Position numbers and translations under genes: made by a program. Shown piece after piece: positions 39,101 through 54,155 of a stretch of 64,000 nucleotides of DNA (its first letter is position 1; every line of letters begins with the position of its first letter). Origin of the DNA: Trichoplax adhaerens (Eukaryota > Animalia > Placozoa); NCBI RefSeq assembly GCF_000150275.1, contig NW_002060958.1, positions 402,374 to 466,373 on the forward strand, read 5' to 3'. Under the pieces are notes generated by a model, which worked only from the letters and a program-made list of their open reading frames with translations, ran no database searches and was not told the DNA's origin.

Positions 39101-41939
39101 TAGTGATCAAACTGCAACAATATTGGCAGTTTTCTATTAGAGTATATGGTACAATGATAGTTTTCATTATTTTCTTGCCATGTACAAAATGCCAATACGA
39201 TAAGCAAGATACCCTTGGCAGTTTCCTATTAGAGTACATGCTAAAATTACAGCTTTCTGTTATTTCCTTGCCATGCACAAAATGTATGCATGATTAGCAA
39301 GATATTCGTAAATAACTTACAAGAGTCTATAATTGCAAATTGAATGCCATTCTATAATGCGAACTAGAGTAGGACAGCTAATTCATTGACTAATTACTGC
39401 CTAAAAAGCAGTGATGTTTGTAGATGTACCTGTACAATACAAGCGTATTAAAGGTGCTAACAGAAGATGTTCAAAGTCTGAAGTTGGGCCATAAGGCTTA
39501 TTATGGTAATATCAATAATAGCCCTCATGTATTGCAAATGTTAAAGTAAATTGAAGAGACAACTTGTCAGTGTTTGTTTTACATGATCAACTACTGTACT
39601 ATGGTTGTCATTACAGCACGTAAGCAAACTGAAGTTGAATCTTATTCAGTTATAGCCAGCAGATGGTACTGTCATGTAATCTATAAAAATGTGGAAGAGT
39701 TGAGACGTTATTGAGAAAAACTACTTTCAACTTGGAATTGATATGAAAAGTAATATGGAAGTAAGGTAATTTTAAAAGTAGCAGTTTAAACTAGTGGCAA
39801 TTATTATGATGGAGATATCATATGTTTGCTTTCACATGTTCGAGCCAAGTCAGGGATACAGCAAGCAACAAAACACCACTGACATCGGAGACTTTAGCAG
39901 AGAGAATTTTTCCATGCCATATTGATAATACAGCAATACAGTTCTGTTTCCCTTACGGAGACAGATTCCCCTCCTCAAACAGATGGTAGGATCATTACTA
40001 TGGTATGATTTACGGTCCTGGTATGACTGTTTACTAATCAACACAGTTGTAAATACTATTCTAGAATCGTAAATAGCAGAATGTTGATTGATCACTGTCA
40101 TTCATCAATCCTATATCTATATGTGTATATATACGTTAGTAGACACTAACTAGTGCAGTATAGCGAGTGTATACTTACAGGCGAATTAATTACCAATTTG
40201 ACGCATGAAATTACTGTGTAATTTGATTACGGTACTACTCAATTGATTGAAATCGATCAATTATCGTATGTTGAAAGTCAATTCTCGCAATCGACCTTTA
40301 GTTTCGATTGAAAGGTAGAAACAGCAAGATGTAGTATACATTTATACAGAGTTGCAGCTTAGCAAAAAGATGAATGTAGGAGTCATATTGACGTATACTC
40401 CAATTTCTCTCACTAATCGTACACAAATCAATCCAACATTTTAATTCATCAATACAATTTCAAACAATTAGTTATTCATAAACAAGATAAATGAACATCT
40501 TTAAGCAAGAACAGCAAATTATGTTTTGCTAGTAATTTATACAAGTCTCCCACTGTACAATGTACATTTTTTGCCTCTATAAGCCATGTTAAACACGTAG
40601 AAATGTTGTCGCCCATAAATAATTATTATTATTACAACTATGTACTATTATTATTCTAATTATCACAATATTATCCTACGTTAGTACACGGACAACGGAA
40701 GTGGTGCTATCGCTTTAATTTCGTGACGGATCAGCAATGCGTGACAGTACAAGTATAGTAAATAATGCTAAAATGAGGATAGTCATACTGATCGCCATTA
40801 ATAAAGGATCATTGGAAGAATTTTGAGTGTGGCGGTGTAGACTTGAAGATGTTTCAAGCTTCATTAAAAGTCATTTGTATACTGCATAATAGGTAACAAC
40901 CGAATGGAAGAAATGAAAAAAAAAAAATCACTCCCCAGTAAATACTGCAAAGTATAGACAGCACAATATCTGGATTACTATCCCTGCCAGACTAGAATAG
41001 AAGCCTTTTTTAAGAGAATTTCTCACTTCAAAATGTCGATTGCAAAGACAAAAACCGATGACGCCTTGCTAAAATGCAAAGTGCAGCATTATCATTTCAA
41101 AACAATGTTGCATTGATTTACTGTTGATCTAAATAGAACTATACGACTAAGTACGATATAGTGATTGTCATTAGACAGTAAACAATTCAATCGATCAACG
41201 ATTATAATTACAGTTCAAGGCGATTTGAGCGTAATTTGCCGTTGATGTCACGTACTACAGACGTGGAGAACATTGGCTACTATTTACAATACTCATAAAG
41301 TACCCCATTTTTTTTTTTTCAGTTATTTGTACAGTTAGGGAACTGATAGCATCGGGCAACCGTAGTAAACTATTGAATCTACGCCGCATACCCGTCAGTA
41401 ATCTCATATTAATACAATCCATTCATCGGTGTTGTTAGCCCGATGGAAATGGAGGTTTGTTATCTACTTACCAATTGGAATGATCGAATTGAACTCAAGA
41501 CCAAATAATAATATGTATTACAAGATCCTTGACCAGATGGATTTATTAGAATGATGGTATAGTATCTGGTTCTACATGTACGCTTATTGTCGTTTGATGA
41601 CAACAACTGAAGTGATCTTTGCCCATGGTACAACACACATCCCACTACAATTAGAATGGGGAGAAAACAATTTCTTTGATATTTTTATTATTTTGAAATT
41701 TCGAATCTGCTCCGAAAATGGAAACATTATTTTCGACGAATGGAATATGATCAACCTAAGTCTATCTGGTAAATTAAGTCGATAATAATCATGGTGATCA
41801 TGTATTGACGACTGCTACAAAAATAATAAAACTATTATCCATTCTTACCTAGTATAATCAAAAATCCAACAGTTAGAACAGCAAAATTGTAAACGATAGT
41901 AGCGATGTTGCAGTATCTCCTATTATGTCTGATCGCCAT
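36119..41939 (-). CDS. ACVR2: TGF-beta family type II receptor Ser/Thr kinase, activin receptor type II-like
   Basis: Putative signal exon 41939-41849 (MAIRHNRR...VGFLIIL G|gtaag) is in phase with ectodomain exon 38793-38584. Cys box CCCKDDYCN (~37910); [24 protein letters not shown]; no GS box. Kinase motifs [65 protein letters not shown]; C-terminus [11 protein letters not shown]. Confidence 0.92.
39105..39305. repeat. Diverged ~91-bp tandem duplication in ACVR2 intron 1
   Basis: ttggcagtttyctattagagtayatg...tatttycttgccatgyacaaaatg occurs at about 39123 and 39214. Confidence 0.8.
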
Positions 41940-42711
41940 TCTTTGATCCAATTGTAGTAACGCTGCTTTCGGCTTGTATTGAAGTTTTTCCAATCCTATG
42001 ACATATTACACTTAAAATTGTATCGTAGGCAGTAATGTTTAAGTGAAAAGAGATCTAGGATGCAGCATTAGAAATGAAGAAGGAAAGTGCGTGTTATCCG
42101 ATTTTGATAACGTGTCGTTTGTCGTGGACGATGATGGACACTTTTGTTGGTAGAAAGTATCTTTTTCGATGGGGTCTATAATCGACAGGCAAAGTTTTGT
42201 CCTTGTACTAATGGATGGACACGTTGGCGAGCAAGCTTTGCTATTGTCGATCGATGCAAGTGCTTGCAATAGTTTGTAAAGTGGAATGATTTTGACATAA
42301 AAATGATGCAGAATTGAACTTGATCAACACGATATAGTCCACGTTTCAGACAGCACACTGTATAGTAGTATACTATCGCGTGTCACCGTGTATACCACCG
42401 GCAACGACGATGAAAACGATTAAACCTGCCAAGCACAACGATTGTACGGCGATATCCACGGGTAATAATGATACTCTTTTCCTCACTAATCAATACGTCG
42501 ACATGATTCCAGTAGCAACCACAATTGAATCGATTGGAAAGCTTGCAGTCCCCAATCTAATGAGAACTTGTATAGTGGCTGAGACAAGCCATTAATCCCG
42601 GTAAAATGTTCCAAAGTTGCACCTCTTATAACTGTCTACCATGGACTCCTCGATCGTTACCACCACTTTCTAGTTTTCTTTCTACTGTCCGTGTCGGAGA
42701 TGATCATCATT

Positions 42712-42980
42712 CATCAGTCTATCAACAGTACAGTACTCTACGTACAGTACAAAGGTGCTTGACTGTACACTGTACTGTAGGAGTCCATCAAATGGTATCG
42801 TCGTCGATCATCAATTCAAATTGTCCACTAATACAGCACAGTACCCATCAGTCTATCAACAGTACAGTACTCTACGTACAGTACAAAGGTGCCTGACTGT
42901 AACTGTACAGTACACTGTACTGTAGGAGTCCATCAAATGGTATCGTCGTCGATCATCAACTCAAATTGTCCACTAATACA
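42712..42980. repeat. Near-perfect direct duplication (42712-42835 and 42846-42980) upstream of ACVR2
   Basis: catcagtctatcaacagtacagtactctacgtacagtacaaaggtg...gagtccatcaaatggtatcgtcgtcgatcatcaaytcaaattgtccactaataca occurs twice; the second copy has ~11 extra nt of CTGTA/TACAG repeat. Confidence 0.92.
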
Positions 42981-43494
42981 TACTCGCTGACCTCCGTTTT
43001 GTTCTTGTACAACCAGTACAAAGCAATAGAAAACAAACAAACAAAATGAAGATACTGTACCATCCAAAAGGACCTCAGGGTTTCTACTGTAAAGTACAGT
43101 CATGGACTACTCCATCTTGTCGGTAAGATTGAGTAAGTCCATGGTACAGTATAGAGCGTTGAACGATTGGACACTGTTGGTCGATACGTCAGCGTCACAA
43201 ATAGAAGGATTGGAGCATTGGACTAGTCAAGGATGGATCGTTGGCACATTGAACTTAACCCTTAGTCCATGGGTACAGCATGCACCCAGGACTACGATCG
43301 TCCTAACTTGTACCATGTACTCCAAGCTTTGCATCATACTGTAGACTACTGGAAAAAGAGAGACTTCTAGAGATCCTAGGGGTGAGATCGAGTAGTCTAT
43401 CAATACTAACTAGTCCAAGGCTGCATTCCATTTTACAGCTGCCATGGACTTCTAGAAGCCTCTTAGGGGGCTGGAAGCGTTCAAACTTGCTTCA

Positions 43495-44030
43495 AACATA
43501 CTGTATTACACAAGTTGTACCGATGACTTGTACACGATGTACTGTACTGTACAGTATATTGTACTGTACTCAATCAACAATACAGTACTGTACTGTACAG
43601 TACTGTAGGATTGCACGGAGCACTGCTGTACAGTACTCACTGTACAGTGTACACTGTACATTGTAATTGTAAAGTACCGCACTGCGCTTGCTTGTACGGA
43701 CAGAACAAGCTCTACATCATATTATGATATGATGATAAGCAAGATCCATTAATAATCGTAAAGGGTATTGGACTACTGGTCCGACTGTCCGAGATCCGAG
43801 TCAAAGTGCAGAACAGTTTTTACTGGAAAGTTGACATTACAGTACTGTACTGTACAGTACAGTACAGTCCTGTACATACTGTACATGAAGTGCAATCATT
43901 GTGTACTGTACTGTACTGTACAGTCATGTACTGTACTGTACATTGTACAGTGTACAGTACCTCGTGTACAGTACGTGTACTGTAAAGTACGGTACTGTAC
44001 GTGTACTGTACTGTACATTACAGACTGGAC
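43495..44030. repeat. (CTGTA/TACAG)n low-complexity tract in alternating orientation, with palindromes
   Basis: Dense gtact/gtaca pentamers; perfect 24-bp palindrome gtactgtactgtacagtacagtac at 43842-43865. Confidence 0.9.
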
Positions 44031-47000
44031 AAAAGTAGGAAACCTACGCCTGGTACCGCACTCTACCGTACGGTACCGTAATCGACTTGAAACACTATAT
44101 CACTTTTGGCGGGATAATCTGTTTATGTCCGCAATTGCGCGCGAATATTGACCAATTGCCTTCCTTCAAGGTACGTGAAATATGCAGGTCATTGCCCTTT
44201 TATATTGTTCTCCAGGCGGAAAATGAGCCAATACAATGCAGACGCAATATCAGTCATTCACCAAAGCAACACTGAATATGGATTTTATTTTTTTCTATCC
44301 ACTTCCAGCAAAATAAAGTAGAGTACTAGACCGTCTGCATACGTATTTATTTTAGTAATTGATTGACGGGCATATTTTCGCGGTTTTTAACGCTAGCTTC
44401 CATTCATTGCATCCTCTGCCTCAGACTCGCAGTACTTTGGATCTACAACTGCCATGACTTATGCTAAATGAGTAAAAAACATCATTGCTTTAGCATTGAC
44501 TCTACTGGACCAAAATAATAGCTCTATTTCGCTCACCGATCTGTATAAATAATCCAATCCATCATGCAAATTAAAGTCATGCTAACGTACGAGTGCCACT
44601 AAATTACTCATCAAATACATACCGTATCGATATGACAATATACAGGCTGTGCTGTACATACTGTTCAATGATCATGATACGCCTTTTCCTGTATAGAATT
44701 ATGTATGATGATGTCTGCATGATTCAACGACGTAGAAATGCGATCCATTGGATACTGCATGTCTATGAATCCAACGCCAGATCGTCAATGTATAGCTAAT
44801 CTCCAACTGAATACTATATTGCAAATATTCAGTCTGCCTTTGATGGTTGATTTCCAACTAGGCAGGAAAAGGTGCCTTGATTGGACTACAAACTGTACTG
44901 TATGCAAGTGTATGTACAGTATGTTATGACACAAGTCCACTGAAAATCGCATCATACAGTAAAACTAACACGTCTAATATAGACTGTACAGTACTCCTAG
45001 ACAGTGTAAAATACAACCACTCCACTTGCGAGTTGCGACACAGTTTTTACCCGCCAAAGAGTGGAAAGCCACTGTACAATACAGTCATGCAGTACTTGCA
45101 AGTGGACTATATATAGAGAATGAAATGATCGGACGTCCTGCTCCACCTCTCACCACAGCAGAGAAAAAAAAAAGGAGGAAGAAAAAAGGCTATTCGGTGC
45201 AACATACAGGTAATGCCTGAATTGGTAAATATATTGACAGGAAATAATACTGCCAGCTCGTTAATCACTTTGTGACATTGACATCCCAACCAACCAACCA
45301 ACTATGCAAAATGAAAGAAATTGAAGGAGAGCAAAACTTTTTGCTTGCTTGTCAATAATGCTCAATAATTTCATTTTGAACCGACGTCAGCAGGGAAGTA
45401 CTGCCTTGCCCCTCTGGTCTCCACACGTCGATTATGCTGGTGGATTTTGTCGGAATGACATAGAAGCATCCACAAAATGATCATTCCATTCGATCTTGGC
45501 AGATATACAATCCTAACTTGGCTGCTCTGAAAGACTCTACATTACAAGCGCAATGTTGGTGCTATAGTATATGGGCAAATGATAAGAATGGATTGAATGT
45601 TTTCTTACATGCAATACGGTAGAACTACCACTGTATCGGTATCGTGTGACCGCATGCACAATTTAGTCATAGCATTTTTCAAGGCTAAAAACAGTGACTA
45701 AAATGATGCGGTATTATGATTATTTTTTGTGCGTACATGTAAGCTACATAGCATGAGCACGTTAAGGAAGCACAGCGGTGCATGACGTTAGAAAATAGGC
45801 AGTAATTTTCCAGACCAGTTTTCTTAGCAGTATTGAAAGGTGTTTGAAATGAAACTCTACAAAATGAGATTAATTGCATAGGTTAGCTAGGTAAGGTGGA
45901 GGGCAAGAACATGGCCTCGATTAAAGCCGCATGAGATACGTTTGCAAAGCAAATAAACCGTTTGTGGTTATTTCTAGTAGTCTAAGGCTAATTTTATCTG
46001 AAGCCAGCAAAATGCATATCTTCTCTCTGTGTCAGCACTGTAGTGATGATACGCCTACTGTTTGATGAGACGGTTATTATCATTTTAGTGTTGCATACTG
46101 CCCCAGGATTGTAAACCTAGTACCGATCACAACAGTAGCATTGACTTCGTGCAGTACAATATCCCTGTTCAATAATGATACAATATGGATACAAGCAAAT
46201 AAGAGTCGCAATTACTAGACAACTATTAGAGTGGTCGAGTTTATCGCACGCACACCTACCTGTAATAAATGAACAGTTCTTCAATTCACATATCTCTAAT
46301 AAACGAACAGTTCTTGAATTGAGCCCATCAAATATCATGAAATACTTTATTCTCATTTATCACAACAAGTGTTAACCTACTGCAGTAAATGCTCCGATGT
46401 TACCTATTTACAGTATCTTCAATGTGAGATTAACTTAATATAGAGTATACGGGTGCATACATCATATCCAGTAATGTCTGCAAGTATGCAAAGCACATAT
46501 TTAGGAAAGAAGAATCACATACTCGTATAGAGTATGTCCATACGTACTAAATATAGACGACTACAGCGTACGGGTTGAGCTCACGTTCGGTATACGGTAC
46601 TTCGTCCACTGTGTATATACAATCTATATGTACTTATACTTTTACATTATCCCTGTCACTTCGCACTGAGCATATTATATGCATGTTACATATGGCTTAT
46701 TAATCTGATTATTCCATGTACAGTATGCGTATTTATATTTATTTTAGATTTATACATATGATATTATTGCATTGGCCTTTAATTATGTAACTAAATAACA
46801 TTATTGTTGTATTTTCCTCTTTAGGTCGGCTTCTAAATGTTTCTGCTTCACTGACGTCTGCAATATGCAACATGTAGGAAAGATACTGAGTGTATAAATC
46901 CAAAGTATAATATCTTTAGTGGCAGCAGTTTCATGTAGCTAGTCACTATCACAGAATCGGATGTACCGTCATCATTGATAACTTAGTATTATAGTTATAT

Positions 47001-47719
47001 AATTCGTGTAGTCCTACTAGTCGTATTAGTTTTGCAAGTGTTAGATCTAGTATCATGGTCTGTTCTTTTCTAAAGCATGAAACAGAAGTTCATTTATTCA
47101 AATACAATCGTCAAGCATAAACAGATTTTGGAGACGGAAACCTATCTATCTACTGAGCGATTTTCTACATAAATTATTAATTGGCGTCATTTTGTAATTA
47201 CTGTAGTAACATCAAAAGATTAAAATTAGTGGTGAAGAATTGAATCAATACTGTACCGTGTGCAACTAGGTAAAAATTCCTCTCGAGATTGAGGACTTTC
47301 ATCGTTGCAAATACTGTAATTTGGCAGTAACTTTCAACAGTAAACATTACTGTACAATTGAAATTTATAGTACAGTCTAAAATACTTCTTGTTTATAGTA
47401 TTTAAAAGATAAGAAAGACAACATCATTACTTGTCGTAATATCGCTCTGTGGCTATTGTCAGTGTAATCGAGCTTCATTAATTAGACAAAAGTTCTCGAA
47501 ATTGTATCTTTGGATACATCACTGAAGTGATTCACTACGTAAGAAGCATTATATCACGCAGAACCTTTAGCGATAATCAAAGCGACGTCTTCTAAACGCT
47601 ACTCGGATTTGACACGTGTGAAGTGGAAGGATAAAGTCAATTCTACTACTTGGACGCTGAAAAATTACATATTACGTGTATTCAGTAACAATTCCTTAGA
47701 ATTTAAAAAATTATAAGAT

Positions 47720-50264
<2,545 letters not shown>

Positions 50265-50911
50265 TGAAATCTTATTATTTCTGTATTTCTAACTATTCCA
50301 GCGAACTATCGTTGTAGCTATTATTTCTTATCATGCATAAAAGACCAAAGAATGGTACTTAATAGGCTTATTTCAATTGTCGAAATTGTTGCACGGTTTG
50401 ATTATAAGATAGTAGTACCGTATAACATTCTTGTGTGTATATTAAATCAATTGCCAAGGTTTCGGCTCATATTTTATCATTTCCCTTATATAAATGCTGT
50501 ATATGTGCCAATGTTTATTGTGCAACAAGATATACCTAAATCTTGAATGTACAATTACTATGTTTGCCTATGAATTTTAAATCTCATATTGTTGTCGCAT
50601 TTCTTCGATAGTGAATACCACCAAAAATCCTTTGCAGGATATGCTCGATTGACGAATATTTTATTAATGCTCAAATGAGACAATTACATAAAAAATACTA
50701 ACTTAAGATACAGTGGTTGAACAGGTGTACTGCTTAACGTACGTAAGGCGTCAAGTTATTGCAGTCCCAAAGTAAAGTATATTTTTATACAAGAGAATAG
50801 TATCTTATTGCTAATAAAATTTGCTGTTTAATGCAATTATGAAAAATTAGTGAACGTGAAATCATTTCACAAACTCCTGTATAGATGAAAGCCGGTATCA
50901 TCAAGATAAAA

Positions 50912-53255
50912 TTAATTATTCTTGTTTGCACTCTTGTCGGTCTCAATTGATTTATCATTTACCGATTCTGTAGAAGGAGCTTTTCCGTCCTTGCCATGTT
51001 TTGTTTTTCCCCTCCTATTCGTTCCACTGCTGTCCTAAAACATTTCAGTATTAACAATGATTCTCTTGATTATTAACGTGTAAAGAACAGAAAATGGAAC
51101 ATATAGTACTAGATGTTCCCCCTAAATGTTCCAACCTCATGCTTTCTGAGCGATTCAAATGAAAATGTAGTAGGACCATCATTAACTAACGAAACCTGGC
51201 CAGTTGATCCAAAGATATTGGCTGTAATTATAAATATTTTCAGTCTTTAATACTTCTGAATCTGAATGCTTCCTTTTTAACCACATAAACTCATGAACAT
51301 AAGTTGGGAGTATATTAAGTGCATTATAATCGCCTAAATGATTCAAACATATAAAGAATGACAAAATTTGCGTCTCTTCTGTTATGCGTTCAGAGCCTAT
51401 GCTTACACTTTATCCTTTCTTCCAAGTACTGTGATTTGATCGCAGTCAAAAACTTTTCGAACAGTTCCTTCGATTTCTCCGGTGGCATACAGTTGTTAAA
51501 AGCCGGTTTGGCACCTTTGAATGCAGCAATTAAAGTATACTGTCCAACGAGAAATATACTACGAATTAATACGACGATCTACAATTACATCAAATTTGTA
51601 ATGACAACAAAATAACTGTTTGCTTAGCTCAATTTTAAAAAAAATATCCTTAGGCAAGTATTTTAATTACTGAATTATACAACAGTTATCTATAATAGGA
51701 CTGCATATGCCGAAATGCTTTTACTACCGCGAACTAGAACAAGTGTTTTTATCTATAAAATGTCATAGTAAATATTCAAAGTTCCATTTAAATAATATCA
51801 AGTAAATGATTACAGCAATTCTCAATTCGCTCTGATCGCTGTTAATACCTGACTGACACATAATATTTCATAGTTCATTTCCTTAACATTTCTTTCCCAT
51901 AGTTTATCTTCATCATTAAAGACTCGTATCGTTAAAAGTCTTTTAACACTGCAAAAGCATTTAACACAGTATTAGTGTTAGCACTCACCAATAATCAAAT
52001 AGTCTTTCAACCGTAATAAAGATGTTATAACCTACAGATAATCAATATCTTTTTCTGAGTCATCCTTTCCGATACCAATAAATGCCACTAATCCAGGGCC
52101 AATCGAACTTATTAGATCATTGCCGACTGTGATAGATGAATGAATATAGACTTATTAGCGCGGACAGTATCAATAATGTTTTATATTACAAAATGGCACT
52201 CGTAGCAAATCAATATACCCGATAAAGTAATATTTTAAAAACATGTTAGAATTCGAAGTGGAATACTGCGTTGTGGAGCGCAAATGAGAAGATAATATAG
52301 TTGGTATTTTTATAGATTAAAAGCATTAAAATTTATAAATAGATAATGTAGTCTATGCATAGAGATATTACTAGGAAGCTGCAGTTATCGATACAGAAAG
52401 TATGGGCCACTATAAGAAATAGATACACCACGCATTAACTATACGTTATTATCTTCAATGAATTATAGAGGTATAAGAAAATACTACGCTTGTATTTGCT
52501 ACTACCAGAGACTGACATGAATAATATGTATATTATACAAGTCAGGGTATGCTAGCAACGCCATTGTAAACTTCGAACTACACTAACTGTGAGAGTTTAT
52601 ATAACGTAGTCAAAAATATCAATAAACCGCTCAACACTAAAGTCTCGACGTGGAGAATTTACATATCGTACTGTAGTAGAAGTATTTTATATCAACACAG
52701 ACCATAGCATTGAACTGTACAATATACTGTACATGCAGACAGGGTAATCCATAAGATCACATCTTCTACAGTAAATGATAACGTTATTGAGTATTGATGC
52801 ACTTTTAGTTGCACTTTAGCAAAGCCTTGATTGCACACGAAAGTATCTTTACAATCAAAAAGCTCCAATACCTAGCTAAGGGTTAGCACTAAAGCAAGAG
52901 TTATCTGATATTATTTCAGCTTTAAATTATTACTACTTGGAAGGGTATTTGTATCAATCCTGCGTCAGTAAAAGCGAGCCAGTTAACGATCAAAACTTTG
53001 ACGCGATTTCCATTGGAATGTCATTAATCATCATACACTTATTACATCCTAGACTACTAGATGATAGTCCTATCTAGTGGTCCATAGACTCTATGGCAGA
53101 ATATTCAACTATATTAAACTGTACAATGTACATTCATTACTGTCATGAAATTGCCAATATGATCGGAGTATGTACCCTAAACATTGTGCAATGTATATTT
53201 GCGTATACGTACTTGTTACACGAGCTTCTGTTACACGCTGTACAAGAGCTTTCAT
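50912..53255 (-). CDS. DTD1: D-aminoacyl-tRNA deacylase 1
   Basis: Exons encode MKALVQRVTEARVT / IGNDLISSIGPGLVAFIGIGKDD / KRLLTIRVFNDEDKLWERNV...CVSQ / YTLIAAFKGAKPAF / IFGSTGQVSLVNDGPTT, then a charged tail exon ending TAA at 50914-50912. Confidence 0.9.
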
Positions 53256-54155
53256 GATGAAATTTGTAACACTGGACAGATTAATTAATAAAGCTCCATC
53301 TAGCCTTCTTCAACGCTTCTATTTAACATTCAAGAAATAGATGAAATAGAAGCAGCGATATTACATCATTATAAAACTCGTATGCTACTAGATCCCACTC
53401 CAAGTCTGTTACCACGGCTACAGCGCTGATTCATGGCTGAGTGCTGACTGCTGAGAGTGCGTGCAGCCATGGTCCAAGAAGAAGACCAGAACGGATCACT
53501 CTTGGACGGACAGACATTGTCGCCATCATCTCGTCAAAATATTGGGCCAAGCACTTTGTTATAGCCGTGCCTTAGTATGCAGTCGGTGGGTTTGAATTAG
53601 CTGACGTTTTCTCAATCAAGTCATGTTCCATTGAATCTTACTATCGGTTACAAATTTCAGCTTGAAAACAGTTATATAAGGTCTTGGACGCTATTTCTCT
53701 GAGTGATTTAGAAAACAGACACGGAAGATCCATACTAAGTACAGTAGTCATTTTTGGCCTCATTGGGTCAGAATAGTCCGTCTGTCTGATCGTAATGTAG
53801 TAACTGTACCATGGACTCTAGTATCGACTGTCCACTACAGTACCAGTGCCCAGTAGTACAGTTCAGTACTGTACACTGTACACTCAGTACAATGTCCATG
53901 CATTGAGCAAGACAAGGTTGATTGATTTTATTTCAAAGTAGGTTAGAGCAGAAAGCCTGGCAAGGAAATATCAACACTAATTCTAACTTCTTTCTTGCTT
54001 GTAATTGCATTGAAATCGATAAGCTTCGACTTGCCAACATTCGTGGTAGTCCATAGAGGTTAATGACAGTGGAAAGAGATCGTGCTTGCATCATTGCATT
54101 GAACCAAAAACACCCTTGAGCTCGTCGCTACTTTGATAGATAGAAAAGATCAAGG
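53256..54155. promoter_or_regulatory. Probable bidirectional promoter/5' UTR region between divergent DTD1 and PEX12
   Basis: Start codons are 900 bp apart, head to head; locally higher GC and a CTGTA/TACAG cluster at ~53800-53892. Confidence 0.6.

Noticed and set aside
42606-44151. ORFs rich in Y/C/T/V/Q/L (96, 94 and 127 aa)
   Set aside because: Translations of the CTGTA/TACAG pentamer tract, which contains no stop codons.
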